Shown piece by piece: positions 63,352 to 64,000 of a stretch of DNA of 64,000 bases. Location of the stretch: assembly GCA_963794945.1 (NCBI GenBank), contig CAWCFT010000004.1, positions 256,001 to 320,000 on the forward strand, given 5' to 3'. The DNA comes from Endomicrobiales bacterium. Lineage in GTDB: Bacteria; Elusimicrobiota; Endomicrobiia; Endomicrobiales; CAWCFT01. The position numbers were made by a program, and so were the translations under genes. The notes below the pieces were generated by a model. It ran no database searches, had not been told where the DNA came from, and saw nothing but the letters and a program-made list of their open reading frames with translations. How positions within the stretch are numbered: position 1 is the first letter of the stretch; each line of letters opens with the position of its first letter.

Positions 63352-64000
63352 CTATTTACCTTTTTTCTGCTTTGTCTGTGTCAAGTTCGTTTGTGTCACG
63401 GCCTGTCCCGAATTGGCTTCGTTCTTAACGGCAGGGTCAGTGTCGTTTTTATATTTTGCAAGCGCGCTGGTTGCGAAGGGAGTGTTTATCTTCCTTAGTG
63501 ACCGCGCGGCAATAATACGCAGCGACCTGTGCACGCTTTTGTTAGACAGCACGTTATCAGCCATTGCCACAGAAGCTGAACTGATGTGCAGGCCTAAAGA
63601 CTGCAGGGCGAATTTTTGGACGCGTATGTCTTTATCCTGCGACAAGGCAATGTTTAATGCGGGCAGTGATTCTGTATCCGTTCTGAAGCCGAGGCTCTTT
63701 ACGGCCGCCATACGCACGTAGGGGTTAGAGTCGCGCGCGGCTTCAACGAGCGCCGGAGCTGTTGACGTTGACGGGTTAACCGCGAGAATCTCTATGACCT
63801 GGATCCTCATGTAATCGTCTTTGGACGTTTTAACGAATCCGATGAGCGCTTGCGCTGCATCCTCAGTCTGCATCCTCGCGATATCTCGTACGGCGCCTGC
63901 GACGGCCGCACGCGAAGGGCTGTTCAAACGGGAAACAGCGTCGCTTAAAGTAATTACCGGAGCCGTAGTTCCGGCATTAGCAGATGTGGCTCCCGATACG
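63352..64000 (-). CDS. HEAT-repeat (HEAT_2/PBS-lyase-like) protein, 5' end beyond the window
   Basis: Helical repeats DDYMRIQVIEILA, DSNPYVRMAAVKSLG, DKDIRVQKFALQSLG, LRIIAARSL, DTDPAVKNEA. The frame stays open to base 64000 (VSGATSANAGTTAPVITLSDAVSRLNSP). Confidence 0.8.
   Translation of the reverse strand, partial: VSGATSANAGTTAPVITLSDAVSRLNSPSRAAVAGAVRDIARMQTEDAAQALIGFVKTSKDDYMRIQVIEILAVNPSTSTAPALVEAARDSNPYVRMAAVKSLGFRTDTESLPALNIALSQDKDIRVQKFALQSLGLHISSASVAMADNVLSNKSVHRSLRIIAARSLRKINTPFATSALAKYKNDTDPAVKNEANSGQAVTQTNLTQTKQKKGK

Noticed and set aside
1781..63721. Many short plus-strand ORFs (60-155 aa) opposite the giant and HEAT genes
   Set aside because: They are antisense shadows of a continuous minus-strand coding frame, with no recognisable motifs.

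Overview
Bacterial DNA (about 50% GC) with three parts. (1) A motA-motB stator-type gene pair on the + strand (73-1568); motB is split by one extra base. (2) On the - strand, running from about 63227 down to 1778, what reads as ONE giant secreted surface-protein gene of about 61.4 kb (about 20,400-20,500 aa, roughly 2.2 MDa). The ORF track splits it into more than 40 pieces, but at the breaks I checked the repeat consensus continues across 1-bp indels or an in-frame stop. N-to-C architecture: Sec-type signal peptide; beta-propeller-like head holding a LamG-like domain with a second LamG-like domain nested inside it; about 95-100 Ig-like repeats with Trp-rich hairpins, built by block duplications; about 34 repeats of a second type (LQVLLPGET..PG..GKxG..QTAG..CDxYWN); invasin-like Ig domains; 8 repeats with DxDxDG-like loops, plus 3 inserted phage-tail-like modules; an FN3-like domain; and a FlgD-Ig / T9SS-CTD-like C-terminal domain. 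(3) A HEAT-repeat gene upstream of the giant gene, cut by the window edge. A perfect 16-bp inverted repeat lies between the convergent motB and giant gene. The style suggests Elusimicrobiota or a similar lineage, but that is inference. All domain calls are by eye; no database search was run.
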